From positions 2,116 to 66,115 of the forward strand of contig DAOUEQ010000036.1 of assembly GCA_034430395.1 (NCBI GenBank): 64,000 nt of DNA, written 5' to 3'. Numbering within the stretch: the first letter of the stretch is position 1; every line of letters begins with the position of its first letter. Under the pieces are notes generated by a model. The model saw only the letters and a program-made list of their open reading frames with translations. It made no database searches and was not told where the DNA came from. The position numbers and the translations under genes were made by a program. Of this stretch, positions 27,195 through 35,501 are shown piece by piece. Source of the DNA: Anaerolineales bacterium (GTDB taxonomy: Bacteria; Chloroflexota; Anaerolineae; Anaerolineales; E44-bin32).

Positions 27195-29057
27195 ATGGAA
27201 CACAGCCCCTTTCTAGTCCTCCTCCTTATCACGGCTCTCGCCCTAATTGTCCCAATTCTCGCATCTCGCCTTCGCCGTTTTTACGTCCCCATCGTTGTCG
27301 GCGAGATCGTCGCTGGCATCATCATTGGTCAGAGCGGTCTGAACCTTGTTGAACCTTCACAGACGCTCACATTTCTGGCGGAGTTCGGTTTCGCCTATCT
27401 GATGTTCCTCTCCGGATTGGAAGTGGATTTCGAACTTGTCCTATCTGGGAGCACATACTCCAGCGACAAATCCTTCTGGAAGCGCCCTCTAACGATAGCC
27501 TTAACACTCTTACTGGGCACCCTTAGCCTGGCTTTATTCTTCTCATGGCTTCTGTCCTTATCAGGGCTCGTCGAAAGCCCGGTGCTTATCGGTTTGATCC
27601 TAAGCACAACATCCCTGGGCATTGTGGTTCCTGTTCTTAAGGAACGGGATCTTCTCGGTTTGGAGTATGGCCAGTACATCCTGGTCGCATCGTCTGTTGC
27701 AGATTTCATCACCCTGCTCTTGCTAACAATCGTCATTGCCATTCGCAGTCAAGGGTTGACGCTGGATCTCCTATTGATACCCGCCCTATTAACCATCTTT
27801 GCTGTTGCCGTCCGTGGAATGCGGCGAGTCTCCGAGCTTGGTTTTTTGCAGACCTTTCTCAATGAGCTTTCAAGCGCAACCGCGCAAATACGTGTGCGCG
27901 CCGCATTCGCGCTCATGGTCGCCTGGGTTGTGCTAGCTGAAGCGTTAGGTGTGGAGCTCATCCTTGGCGCTTTTCTGGCTGGCGTCATTGCTGGTTTACT
28001 CGATGATCAGGAAGGCGAGAACGCTCGTGATAAGCTTGATGCTGTCGGTTATGGATTCTTCATCCCTATTTTCTTTATAATGGTCGGCGTTGAGTTCAAT
28101 CTTCGAGCCATAATCGAGTCCCCCCAAGCTCTCCTGTTAGTTCCGCTGTTAGTCGCCATAGCATATATAGTTAAGGTCATCCCGGCACTGCTTATGCGTA
28201 TGCAATTTGACTGGCGAAAAACCATGGCAAGTGGTTTTCTCTTATCCTCTCGTCTCTCTCTCATCATCGCCGCAGCCTCAATTGCTCTCAGTTTAGGCTT
28301 AATCTCAGAAGCTCTTGATGCTGCGATCATTCTTCTCGCCATTGTATCTTGCACGTTATCGCCAATGCTCTTCAACCGCATCCTGCCCACCAGTGAGGAG
28401 AAGCGCCGGAGCGGCATCATCCTTATAGGTCAGGATCAACTGAGTGAGTTCCTCGTTGAACGGCTGCTCACCTTCAACGAGCCCATTGCGATTATCTGCC
28501 CGGATGATAGCCGTAAAGCTGCATTCCAACGCCTGCCGGTTGATTTGATCGAGGGTTGTGCAAACCTGCCTGCGGCTCTCACGATGGCTGGCGCCACCGA
28601 CGCCCGCGTTCTTATTGACCTGACAATGAGTTCGGAGGAGACCCTTCATGTCTGCACCACAGCACGGGAGGTGTTCCATATCCCCCTTGTCATCTCCAGG
28701 ATCAACGATGTAGAGCTCATACCACAGCTTCAGCGCTTGGGGGTGAAAGTCGTTCAACCCACGCTTGCCACTGCAATGGCCATTGAGGGTGCCCTACGAT
28801 ACCCGACGATTTTCGACCTTTTGTTGGATCACGGTGATGGCGAGATCGAGGTTGTTGAACTGCAGATTGGCAACCCATCCATCACCGGCGTCCCACTCCG
28901 GAAAATCCGGCTCCCCGGCGATGCACTCATTGTGAGCATGTCGCGCGAGGGCAACGTGATGGTTCCGCAAGGGGACTTAACTTTCAGGTTGGGTGATTGC
29001 ATTGGTCTTATCGGCAGCTCAAGATCCGTAGAACGAGCTGCGGCGATGTTGCGATAG
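27195..29057 (+). CDS. CPA2-family cation:proton antiporter with C-terminal RCK (TrkA-N/TrkA-C) domains
   Basis: 620 aa: about 390 aa of multi-helix membrane domain followed by a soluble region with IILIGQD... and a TrkA-C-like end. Confidence 0.8.
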   Translation: MEHSPFLVLLLITALALIVPILASRLRRFYVPIVVGEIVAGIIIGQSGLNLVEPSQTLTFLAEFGFAYLMFLSGLEVDFELVLSGSTYSSDKSFWKRPLTIALTLLLGTLSLALFFSWLLSLSGLVESPVLIGLILSTTSLGIVVPVLKERDLLGLEYGQYILVASSVADFITLLLLTIVIAIRSQGLTLDLLLIPALLTIFAVAVRGMRRVSELGFLQTFLNELSSATAQIRVRAAFALMVAWVVLAEALGVELILGAFLAGVIAGLLDDQEGENARDKLDAVGYGFFIPIFFIMVGVEFNLRAIIESPQALLLVPLLVAIAYIVKVIPALLMRMQFDWRKTMASGFLLSSRLSLIIAAASIALSLGLISEALDAAIILLAIVSCTLSPMLFNRILPTSEEKRRSGIILIGQDQLSEFLVERLLTFNEPIAIICPDDSRKAAFQRLPVDLIEGCANLPAALTMAGATDARVLIDLTMSSEETLHVCTTAREVFHIPLVISRINDVELIPQLQRLGVKVVQPTLATAMAIEGALRYPTIFDLLLDHGDGEIEVVELQIGNPSITGVPLRKIRLPGDALIVSMSREGNVMVPQGDLTFRLGDCIGLIGSSRSVERAAAMLR

Positions 29058-29283
29058 TAACGCCATCCCCCTTTCGACGTTCATATTTAAACCTTGACGT
29101 ACGCTCATTTCAGGTATAGGATGACACCATCTTATGAAAGGAGGGCGCACCCTGTGGTGATTCTTAAAGTGAGAACAGTAGCGGCGGTTCGAAACCACTC
29201 AGCTATCGGCTCTGGTTTCGTTTTACCTTCGCGGAGTGCGCCTATCGAGTAGATAGACCCTGACGATTCTGTCCTTATGACAG

Positions 29284-29320
29284 CCGCGGGCGCACTCCAG
29301 TGCCCGCGGTTTTTTGTTTT
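29284..29320 (+). terminator. Strong rho-independent terminator closing a roughly 190-nt non-coding unit
   Basis: CCGCGGGCGC-ACTCCA-GTGCCCGCGG forms a 10-bp stem with one G-U pair, followed by TTTTTTGTTTT. Confidence 0.8.
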
Positions 29321-29415
29321 ACCAAGGCGACTCACCCATGGGCAAAGCAGTCAAATTATGTGTTCAGAACAAGAAGTCATACGAATAGTTGATGCGGATT
29401 AGTTAGAGGTGTGAG

Positions 29416-30432
29416 ATGAAAGAGAAAGTAAATCATGACCTGAAGAACCTGGCCTATGCACCCGAAATACCGGGATTAACCTTGCGCGGTTATTCAGGTC
29501 CACAAGAACATGAACAGATCGCGGCTATCATCCAGCGCTGCTGGGATGCGGATGGCGTGGATGAGGTCATCACTGCCGACGACATCACTCGCAGATTCAC
29601 CCACATGCCGAACTTCGATCCAACTCAAGATGTTCTGCTCGCGGAGATCTTCGGGGATTTAGTCGGCTACGCCCGGATGCACTGGCTCCAGGAGGCAAAC
29701 GGTGATGTCATCTTTCAACACCATGGATGCGTCCTCCCAGAGTGGAGACGAATGGGGATTGGGTCAACCCTGCTGCACTACACAAAGGACCATTTAAAGG
29801 GCCGGGAAAAACATGCCCCGAAGGGGGGGTTACGTTTTTTTGAAGTTTTCCTGGCAGACACCGAGAGCGAGGAGCAAGCTCTGTTGAAAAGTGCGGGATA
29901 CCAACCTGTCCGCTTTTTCTTTGAGATGGTACGCCCGCTTAACGCTGAGATCCCTGAAATAGAATTGCCCGAGGGTCTCGAGATCCGTCCTGCCAATCCA
30001 GATCAGTACCGGACCATCTTCGATGCCTCTGAAGAAGCTTTTCAAGACCATTGGGGGTACGTCCCGGCGACGGACTCTGAATATCAAGGGTGGATTGAAA
30101 GTCCCTACTTTCAACCTGAACGATGGAAAGTCGCATGGGACAACGGACAGGTCGCCGGCATGGTCTTGAACTTCATCAATGACGATGAAAATGAACGCTT
30201 CAACCAAAAACGAGGTCATACCGAAGACATCTGCGTTCGTCGCCCCTGGCGCCGGCGAGGTCTGGCCCGGTCGTTATTGGCTCAAAGCATGCAGATGTTT
30301 AAAGATGAGGGTATGGAGGAAGCGACCCTGGGGGTGGATACCGACAATCCAAGCGGTGCTTTGGGCTTATATGAAAGTCTCGGATTTCAAAACATTAAGC
30401 TATGGATGGCCTATCGCAAACCGATGGTCTAG
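29416..30432 (+). CDS. Two-domain GNAT N-acetyltransferase (MshD-like architecture), paralog 1
   Basis: 338 aa with RRMGIGSTLL in the N-domain and VRRPWRRRGLARSLL in the C-domain. It shares the EEAFQDHWGYV motif with the next gene. Confidence 0.75.
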   Translation: MKEKVNHDLKNLAYAPEIPGLTLRGYSGPQEHEQIAAIIQRCWDADGVDEVITADDITRRFTHMPNFDPTQDVLLAEIFGDLVGYARMHWLQEANGDVIFQHHGCVLPEWRRMGIGSTLLHYTKDHLKGREKHAPKGGLRFFEVFLADTESEEQALLKSAGYQPVRFFFEMVRPLNAEIPEIELPEGLEIRPANPDQYRTIFDASEEAFQDHWGYVPATDSEYQGWIESPYFQPERWKVAWDNGQVAGMVLNFINDDENERFNQKRGHTEDICVRRPWRRRGLARSLLAQSMQMFKDEGMEEATLGVDTDNPSGALGLYESLGFQNIKLWMAYRKPMV

Positions 30433-30486
30433 ACGAAGAGCGAATACCGAGCGCAACGAACTCGAGATAAATCGATAGAGAAGAAG

Positions 30487-31503
30487 ATGACTGAATTTAC
30501 ATTTAATAAACTCGCTGAAGCAGGTTATGCAATCCGCCCGGCGAGCCTGGATGACATCGAAGGGTCGGTAGAGATGTTTAACCTCTGCTCAAAGGCGATG
30601 ATCGGTACTTCCGAGTTTACGGTTGAACGCTATGCAAAGGAATGGCAGGTACCGGACTTCGATCTTCAACGCGACACCAGGCTGGTCATCACACCCGCGG
30701 GGCAAATCGTCGGTTGCATCGAGGTATGGGATGTCCATGAACCACCCGTCCACCCCTGGATTTGGGGGCGCGTCCATCCAGAGTGGGAAGGTAAGGGTAT
30801 TGGAACGGCGATGATGGGGTGGGCGTTGGATCGAGCCCGCGAGGCAATACCCCGCGCTCCCTCGGGAGCGCGCGTCGCCGCGCGTTCCGGAACCGTAAAT
30901 ACATACTCTCCAGCTAAGGAATTACTCCAGAATTTAGGTATGAAAAAAATCCGTTATGGATGGGACATGTTGCTTGCCCTTTGCGAAGAGCCCCCCACGC
31001 CTCTGTGGCCGGAGGGAATCTCGGTCCGGAATATCCAGCTCCCGGACGATGCCGAAGCCGTCTACAGGGCGGAGGACGAGGCATTCCAGGACCATTGGGG
31101 ATATGTTGAGACACCTTTTGAAGAGGGATTCAAACGATGGAAACATTACGTGTTTGAAATCCGCAAGCCTGACCCTGCTTTCTGGTTCCTGGCCATGGAC
31201 GGGGATGAAATAGCCGGCATGGTATCGTGTCTAGCGGAGTCAGATGACGACCCGGAAAAGGGATGGGTGGATGTCTTAGGTGTCCGGCGCCCTTGGCGAT
31301 GCCGAGGTTTGGGATTAGCCCTATTGAGGCAGGTTTTCGGCGAATTCTATCGCCGCGGAAAACCACGTGTCGGTTTGGGTGTCGACTCAAACAATCTCTC
31401 CGGCGCGACGAGGCTGTATAAGAAGGCAGGCATGCATGTGCAGCGAGAGTATGTAACCTTCGAGTTCGAGTTGCGCCCTGGAGAGGAACTCCAGAAGGAG
31501 TAA
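30487..31503 (+). CDS. Two-domain GNAT N-acetyltransferase, paralog 2 (tandem duplicate)
   Basis: 338 aa with EGKGIGTAMM, DEAFQDHWGYV and VRRPWRCRGLGLALL. Confidence 0.75.
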   Translation: MTEFTFNKLAEAGYAIRPASLDDIEGSVEMFNLCSKAMIGTSEFTVERYAKEWQVPDFDLQRDTRLVITPAGQIVGCIEVWDVHEPPVHPWIWGRVHPEWEGKGIGTAMMGWALDRAREAIPRAPSGARVAARSGTVNTYSPAKELLQNLGMKKIRYGWDMLLALCEEPPTPLWPEGISVRNIQLPDDAEAVYRAEDEAFQDHWGYVETPFEEGFKRWKHYVFEIRKPDPAFWFLAMDGDEIAGMVSCLAESDDDPEKGWVDVLGVRRPWRCRGLGLALLRQVFGEFYRRGKPRVGLGVDSNNLSGATRLYKKAGMHVQREYVTFEFELRPGEELQKE

Positions 31504-31640
31504 GAAGGTAGCAGTGGGCATTCCAATATTCACCTGGCAAGTGCCTTAAGTCACCGTATGTCAACTATAATGAACGGCGGTTTTCTTGGTGAGCATAAGA
31601 GGCAATCCTACTGCCTTAACTGAATTGGAGCTGGAGCAGC

Positions 31641-32264
31641 ATGGACAAATCCATCCCCTTCAAAGCCATCCTCTGGGATCTGGGGGGCGTCATTTTGCGC
31701 ACCGAAGACTGGGAACCACGTCACCGCTTGGACGAGATGCTGGATCTACCAAACGGGGAAATATACAAACTTGTCTTCGAGAGTGATGTGAGTCGTAAGG
31801 CATCCATAGGCGAAGCCACGAATGACGATATCTGGAAGTGGGTGAGTGAGCAGCTCGAACTTTCAAGCGAAGAATTAGCGCACGTGAGGGATGAATTCTG
31901 GTCAGGCGATCAGATTGACATGGATTTGACCCTTTTTATCCGCGCCCACAAAACTGGCACCAAAATGGGGCTATTATCCAATGGATGGCCTTCGACTCGA
32001 CGCTTCCTCGATGAACGCTGGCATATCGCCGACATCTTTGAGGACGTGATCATTTCAGCCGAGGTCGGCTTAGCAAAGCCCGATCGGCGGATCTATCAAT
32101 TGGCCCTCGAGCGATTGGGCGTGGAAGCGGAACAAACCATCTTCATCGATGACTTCGTTGAAAACATCCAGGGAGCGCGTGCAGTGGGGATCCATGGAAT
32201 CCACTTTCAAGAACCTAAAAGCGTCTTGGATGAGTTGAAAGATCTTATCAAGATAAAAACCTAA
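31641..32264 (+). CDS. HAD-superfamily hydrolase (subfamily IA type)
   Basis: 207 aa with motif I ILWDLGGV, motif II LLSNG and motif IV FIDDFVEN. Confidence 0.75.
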   Translation: MDKSIPFKAILWDLGGVILRTEDWEPRHRLDEMLDLPNGEIYKLVFESDVSRKASIGEATNDDIWKWVSEQLELSSEELAHVRDEFWSGDQIDMDLTLFIRAHKTGTKMGLLSNGWPSTRRFLDERWHIADIFEDVIISAEVGLAKPDRRIYQLALERLGVEAEQTIFIDDFVENIQGARAVGIHGIHFQEPKSVLDELKDLIKIKT

Positions 32265-32489
32265 GCTCTCCAGAGTCCGCGAGGACACAACCTGGTTTAC
32301 CTTATAGAACTAATAAAACACGCTGCTGATAATTAAACCGCTGGCATACTCAATTTGCACTCTATTACAGTTCGTGACAGAATTTAGGGGTTCTTATCAG
32401 TATTATCTAGAACTCGTGTGGAGTGAGTAAGGACTCAACCGAATATAAACCTCCGCAACCTGTTTCAAAGGGGGACACGATGTTTCCAC

Positions 32490-33725
32490 ATGAATAAATC
32501 ATTGCAACCACTGCTCTCCCGCAAGATGGTACTCCTGCTCATCGGACTCACTTTCGCCGAAGCGACGCGGGCGATGACCGCGGTGCAGATCCCGGTCTTC
32601 TTGCGCGAAATCGGAGCGAGCGTCAGTCAGGTCGGGCTTTTTTTTACCCTGACGATGATTGTGCCTCTCGTGTTCGGGATTTTCGGTGGTTGGATATCGG
32701 ATTCAATCGGCCGCTTAAAGGCGATCCTATTCGGGAGTCTTGCAGGGATTCTCGGATACATCCCGTTTGCCTATGCACATCGCTGGGAAGTGACTCTTAT
32801 CGGTCCTTTTATCTTGGCAGTGGCAACAGCTTTAATCCAACCATCCTTCAGAGCCTATATCGCTGACACTTGCCGCGCGGAGACGCGCGGCCGTATCTTC
32901 GGACTCAGCAAATCATTTATCACTGCAGCTTGGATACTTACTCCACCCCTGGGTGGCTTCCTGGCAATGACCTTCGGGTCTCGCACGATGTTTCTCACAG
33001 CGGTTTTTCTTTATGGCATCGCCGCTGTCATTTTTATGTTCCTTTTGCGATCAGAGAAAATAAAGACCAATGCGCCATCGGAAAGGCCCGACCTGAAGTC
33101 ACTCAGGGAATCTTTCACTCAGATATTTCCGATTGTCTTCGTTGGGGGATTGATAACCTGGATCATGATTTCGGAGGGCATACGTATCTTCGCTTCGTAT
33201 CTATCTTTCAACCTCCTACCGGTCTACCTCAGCGACATTGGTCTGATTAGCAAGCAGGGCATTGGCGTGATTGATGGTTTGCACGGCATCGCCTGGGTTA
33301 TCGCTGCTCCAATCGGCGGGTGGATCTCCGACAAATCGAGCGAACGGAACGGTTTCATGCTTGGAACGGCGATCTTCCTCTCTTCGTTCCTGGTTTTCAT
33401 CCTCGCCGAGGGCTTTGGAGTCTTTGCTCTCTCATGGGTCATCATGGGGATCGGCGGCGCACTTCTAGACCCGGCCGTTAATGCGCTCATCGCTCGTGGA
33501 GCACCCGTACATCTTCGCGGTGTCGCCTTTGCCCTGATACCCGCACTCATAGGCTTGGCCGCACTTCCTGCACCCTGGATCGGCGGCTGGGTCTGGGAAA
33601 TCACCAATCCCAAGATACCGTTCCTCGCTACTGTTCTCCTCGGTTCCCTTGCTCTCATCCCGGCCTGGTTCAAGCTGCGTATACCCGCCGATGAGGTTAT
33701 CGCCCCAACGGAACGCACCCTATAG
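32490..33725 (+). CDS. MFS transporter
   Basis: 411 aa with about 12 hydrophobic helices and the loop 2-3 motif GWISDSIGR. Confidence 0.8.
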   Translation: MNKSLQPLLSRKMVLLLIGLTFAEATRAMTAVQIPVFLREIGASVSQVGLFFTLTMIVPLVFGIFGGWISDSIGRLKAILFGSLAGILGYIPFAYAHRWEVTLIGPFILAVATALIQPSFRAYIADTCRAETRGRIFGLSKSFITAAWILTPPLGGFLAMTFGSRTMFLTAVFLYGIAAVIFMFLLRSEKIKTNAPSERPDLKSLRESFTQIFPIVFVGGLITWIMISEGIRIFASYLSFNLLPVYLSDIGLISKQGIGVIDGLHGIAWVIAAPIGGWISDKSSERNGFMLGTAIFLSSFLVFILAEGFGVFALSWVIMGIGGALLDPAVNALIARGAPVHLRGVAFALIPALIGLAALPAPWIGGWVWEITNPKIPFLATVLLGSLALIPAWFKLRIPADEVIAPTERTL

Positions 33726-33729
33726 AAGC

Positions 33730-34440
33730 TGCCAATTTCCACATGCCCAGCCAAGCGAATGAAACCACAGATGTCTTTGGGTTCCTCGTTGCCGCGAATT
33801 AATTGAGCTCCCGCATGGGAGCATCTCTTTCGCAAAATCCTATCCTTATCCTTGAATGAAGCATTAAAGGGGGGAGCCCCCTGCCATTCACCGGGCGGCC
33901 GGCATTGCCGCGTTCGCCGGTGGGTCCCAACTTCTTCGCCGCAGCGAAAGGGCGTTCCTCCAGTCGGTCGGCGCTTTCATCATGATCACCGCAACTAGCT
34001 GGGGATCAGTCAGATTGGCCGGAGGGTGCTACGGCATACTGGGACGTGCAGCCCATGGTGGCCTGGGGCTCTTTATACTTTCACTTTAGACTCCTCGCGC
34101 TCAAGAGTCAATCAGCGATACGCTTAAAAAATTCTAACACCCGGCTGCCTTATGAAAGGATCAATGCAAGTTTGGGCAATAATCTTGATCATCCAGGGGC
34201 AATCAGCTGTTTTCTTCAAAAAAGGATCCTGATTCTACTTGTGTGAGCAATCCGCCCACGACCGCGCTGCTCAAGAATGGGGGGGGCGGCACGGATTTGG
34301 AACCCACCATGGCGGCACCACCAACAGCTTACAGTCCCAGGGGAATATCGTCGCCACTGTAGATGATTCACAGGCATCAGCATCGAAAATGATTGCCCGG
34401 TGTTGTTAATCGTAGGACGCTGTTTATTGACAGCAATCGA
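33730..34440 (-). pseudogene. Possible decayed gene (several short protein-like frames interrupted by frameshifts and stops)
   Basis: An 830-bp stretch has no ORF of 60 aa or more outside the MFS shadow ORF. Hand translation of the minus strand gives protein-like pieces in different frames (IIFDADACESSTVATIFPWDCKLLVVPP; ADCPWMIKIIAQTCIDPFIRQPGV; LIRGNEEPKD). A G8 homopolymer lies at 34279-34286. Confidence 0.3.
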
Positions 34441-34554
34441 GCACCACTCGATTGTTGAAACCTCCGTTTACGACGCGCAAAAGTACGAGAACACTTTGAA
34501 CCTAAGAATCGACGGTCCGCTTTCATATTCGTGAACAATTAGGAGTAATCATCC

Positions 34555-35469
34555 ATGAACCCTCGTGTGAAATTGATCTTCAACCCCCGTGCTGACCGGG
34601 GTCGATCCTCGGATCTCCAAACATCTGTGCAGCACATTATCGACAAACACGACGGTGCAGAATGGTCTACGACCGAATACCATACTCACGCAACCGAACT
34701 CGCTGAGCAGGCCGCGCAAGATGGCTTCGACGTCGTCGCTGCAATCGGAGGTGATGGCACCGTCCATGAGGTCGTTAACGGCTTGATGCGAGTTCCTGAA
34801 GATCAGAGGCCCCTGCTCGGTTCAGTGCCAATCGGCTCCGGGAATGATTTTTCCGCAAATGTTGGAGTTACGAAGGAAATTGAAGCCGCACTCGAGCGAG
34901 TATTCAATGGAAAAACCAAGACCATCGACATCGGCTTGGTCACGGATGCTTCTGGTCGATCAGAGTACTGGAACAACACAATCGGAATTGGCTTTGACGC
35001 CGCAGTTACGGTTTATTCTTATAAAATCACTCGGTTGCAGGGCTTCACAATGTATCTCTGGGCGGTGATCCAAACAATCGTTCTCCACCACCATGCGCCA
35101 AGAATGAAGATCGTAACGGACCAGGAAGAGATCGATGAGCAGGTCCTCATGTTCGTTGCCTGCAACGGACCCAGGGAAGGCGGCGGATTCTATGTCGCCC
35201 CGGATGCTATCTTCGATGATGGCCTATTTCACTACGCTATGATTAAGAATGTGTCCCGCCCGATGATGTTCCGCTTGATCCCGGAAGTGATGAGTGGCAC
35301 CCATGGTCGTTTCAAGCAGGTTCGAATGGGTCACTTCCGCGAACTGCAATTGAAATCTGAAGATCCAGTGACAATCCATCTAGACGGTGAGGTCTTTGCT
35401 GGGCTCGATTCCACAGTCACCGAACTCCAGCTCAAGGTCCTTCCAAACGCGATGCGCGTCATCATCTAG
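34555..35469 (+). CDS. Diacylglycerol-kinase-family lipid kinase (YegS/BmrU type)
   Basis: 304 aa with the motifs AIGGDGTVHEVVNGL and PIGSGNDF. AGGAG lies upstream. Confidence 0.85.
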   Translation: MNPRVKLIFNPRADRGRSSDLQTSVQHIIDKHDGAEWSTTEYHTHATELAEQAAQDGFDVVAAIGGDGTVHEVVNGLMRVPEDQRPLLGSVPIGSGNDFSANVGVTKEIEAALERVFNGKTKTIDIGLVTDASGRSEYWNNTIGIGFDAAVTVYSYKITRLQGFTMYLWAVIQTIVLHHHAPRMKIVTDQEEIDEQVLMFVACNGPREGGGFYVAPDAIFDDGLFHYAMIKNVSRPMMFRLIPEVMSGTHGRFKQVRMGHFRELQLKSEDPVTIHLDGEVFAGLDSTVTELQLKVLPNAMRVII

Positions 35470-35501
35470 CGTGGATAACCTTCTTTACTAAAGCATAAGC
35501 G

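Noticed and set aside
29132-29335. A 67-aa minus-strand ORF in the antiporter-GNAT spacer
   Set aside because: It runs through the terminator stem and the structured region and has no RBS. The plus-strand promoter/terminator unit is the more parsimonious explanation.
29416-31503. A functional link between the MshD-like GNAT pair and the upstream phosphatase/DUF3090/kinase-like trio (which I recall neighbouring mycothiol genes in some actinobacteria)
   Set aside because: Three unrelated genes and separate promoter/terminator signals lie between them. The MshD resemblance is only architectural (two GNAT domains), so this would be over-interpretation without profile searches.
32390-32413. The inverted repeat GTTCT-N14-AGAAC upstream of the MFS transporter as another LexA box
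   Set aside because: The half-site spacing (14 nt) does not fit GAAC-N4-GTTC. It may be an operator for an unknown regulator, but there is no supporting evidence.
33224-33835. A 203-aa minus-strand ORF overlapping the 3' half of the MFS transporter
   Set aside because: About 500 nt of it are antisense to a well-supported 12-helix transporter. Only its first ~35 codons lie outside, and those are treated as part of the possible pseudogene.
33836-34554. A housekeeping ncRNA (RNase P RNA, tmRNA, SRP RNA, 6S RNA) hidden in the long gap
   Set aside because: On neither strand did I find the hallmark motifs. I looked for GAGGAAAGTCCGGGC / ACAGAACCCGGCTTA (RNase P), a tRNA-like GGTTCGA(A/T)TCC...CCA end with a tag ORF (tmRNA) and the GGAAGCAGCC SRP domain IV motif. 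Only a covariance-model search could be definitive.
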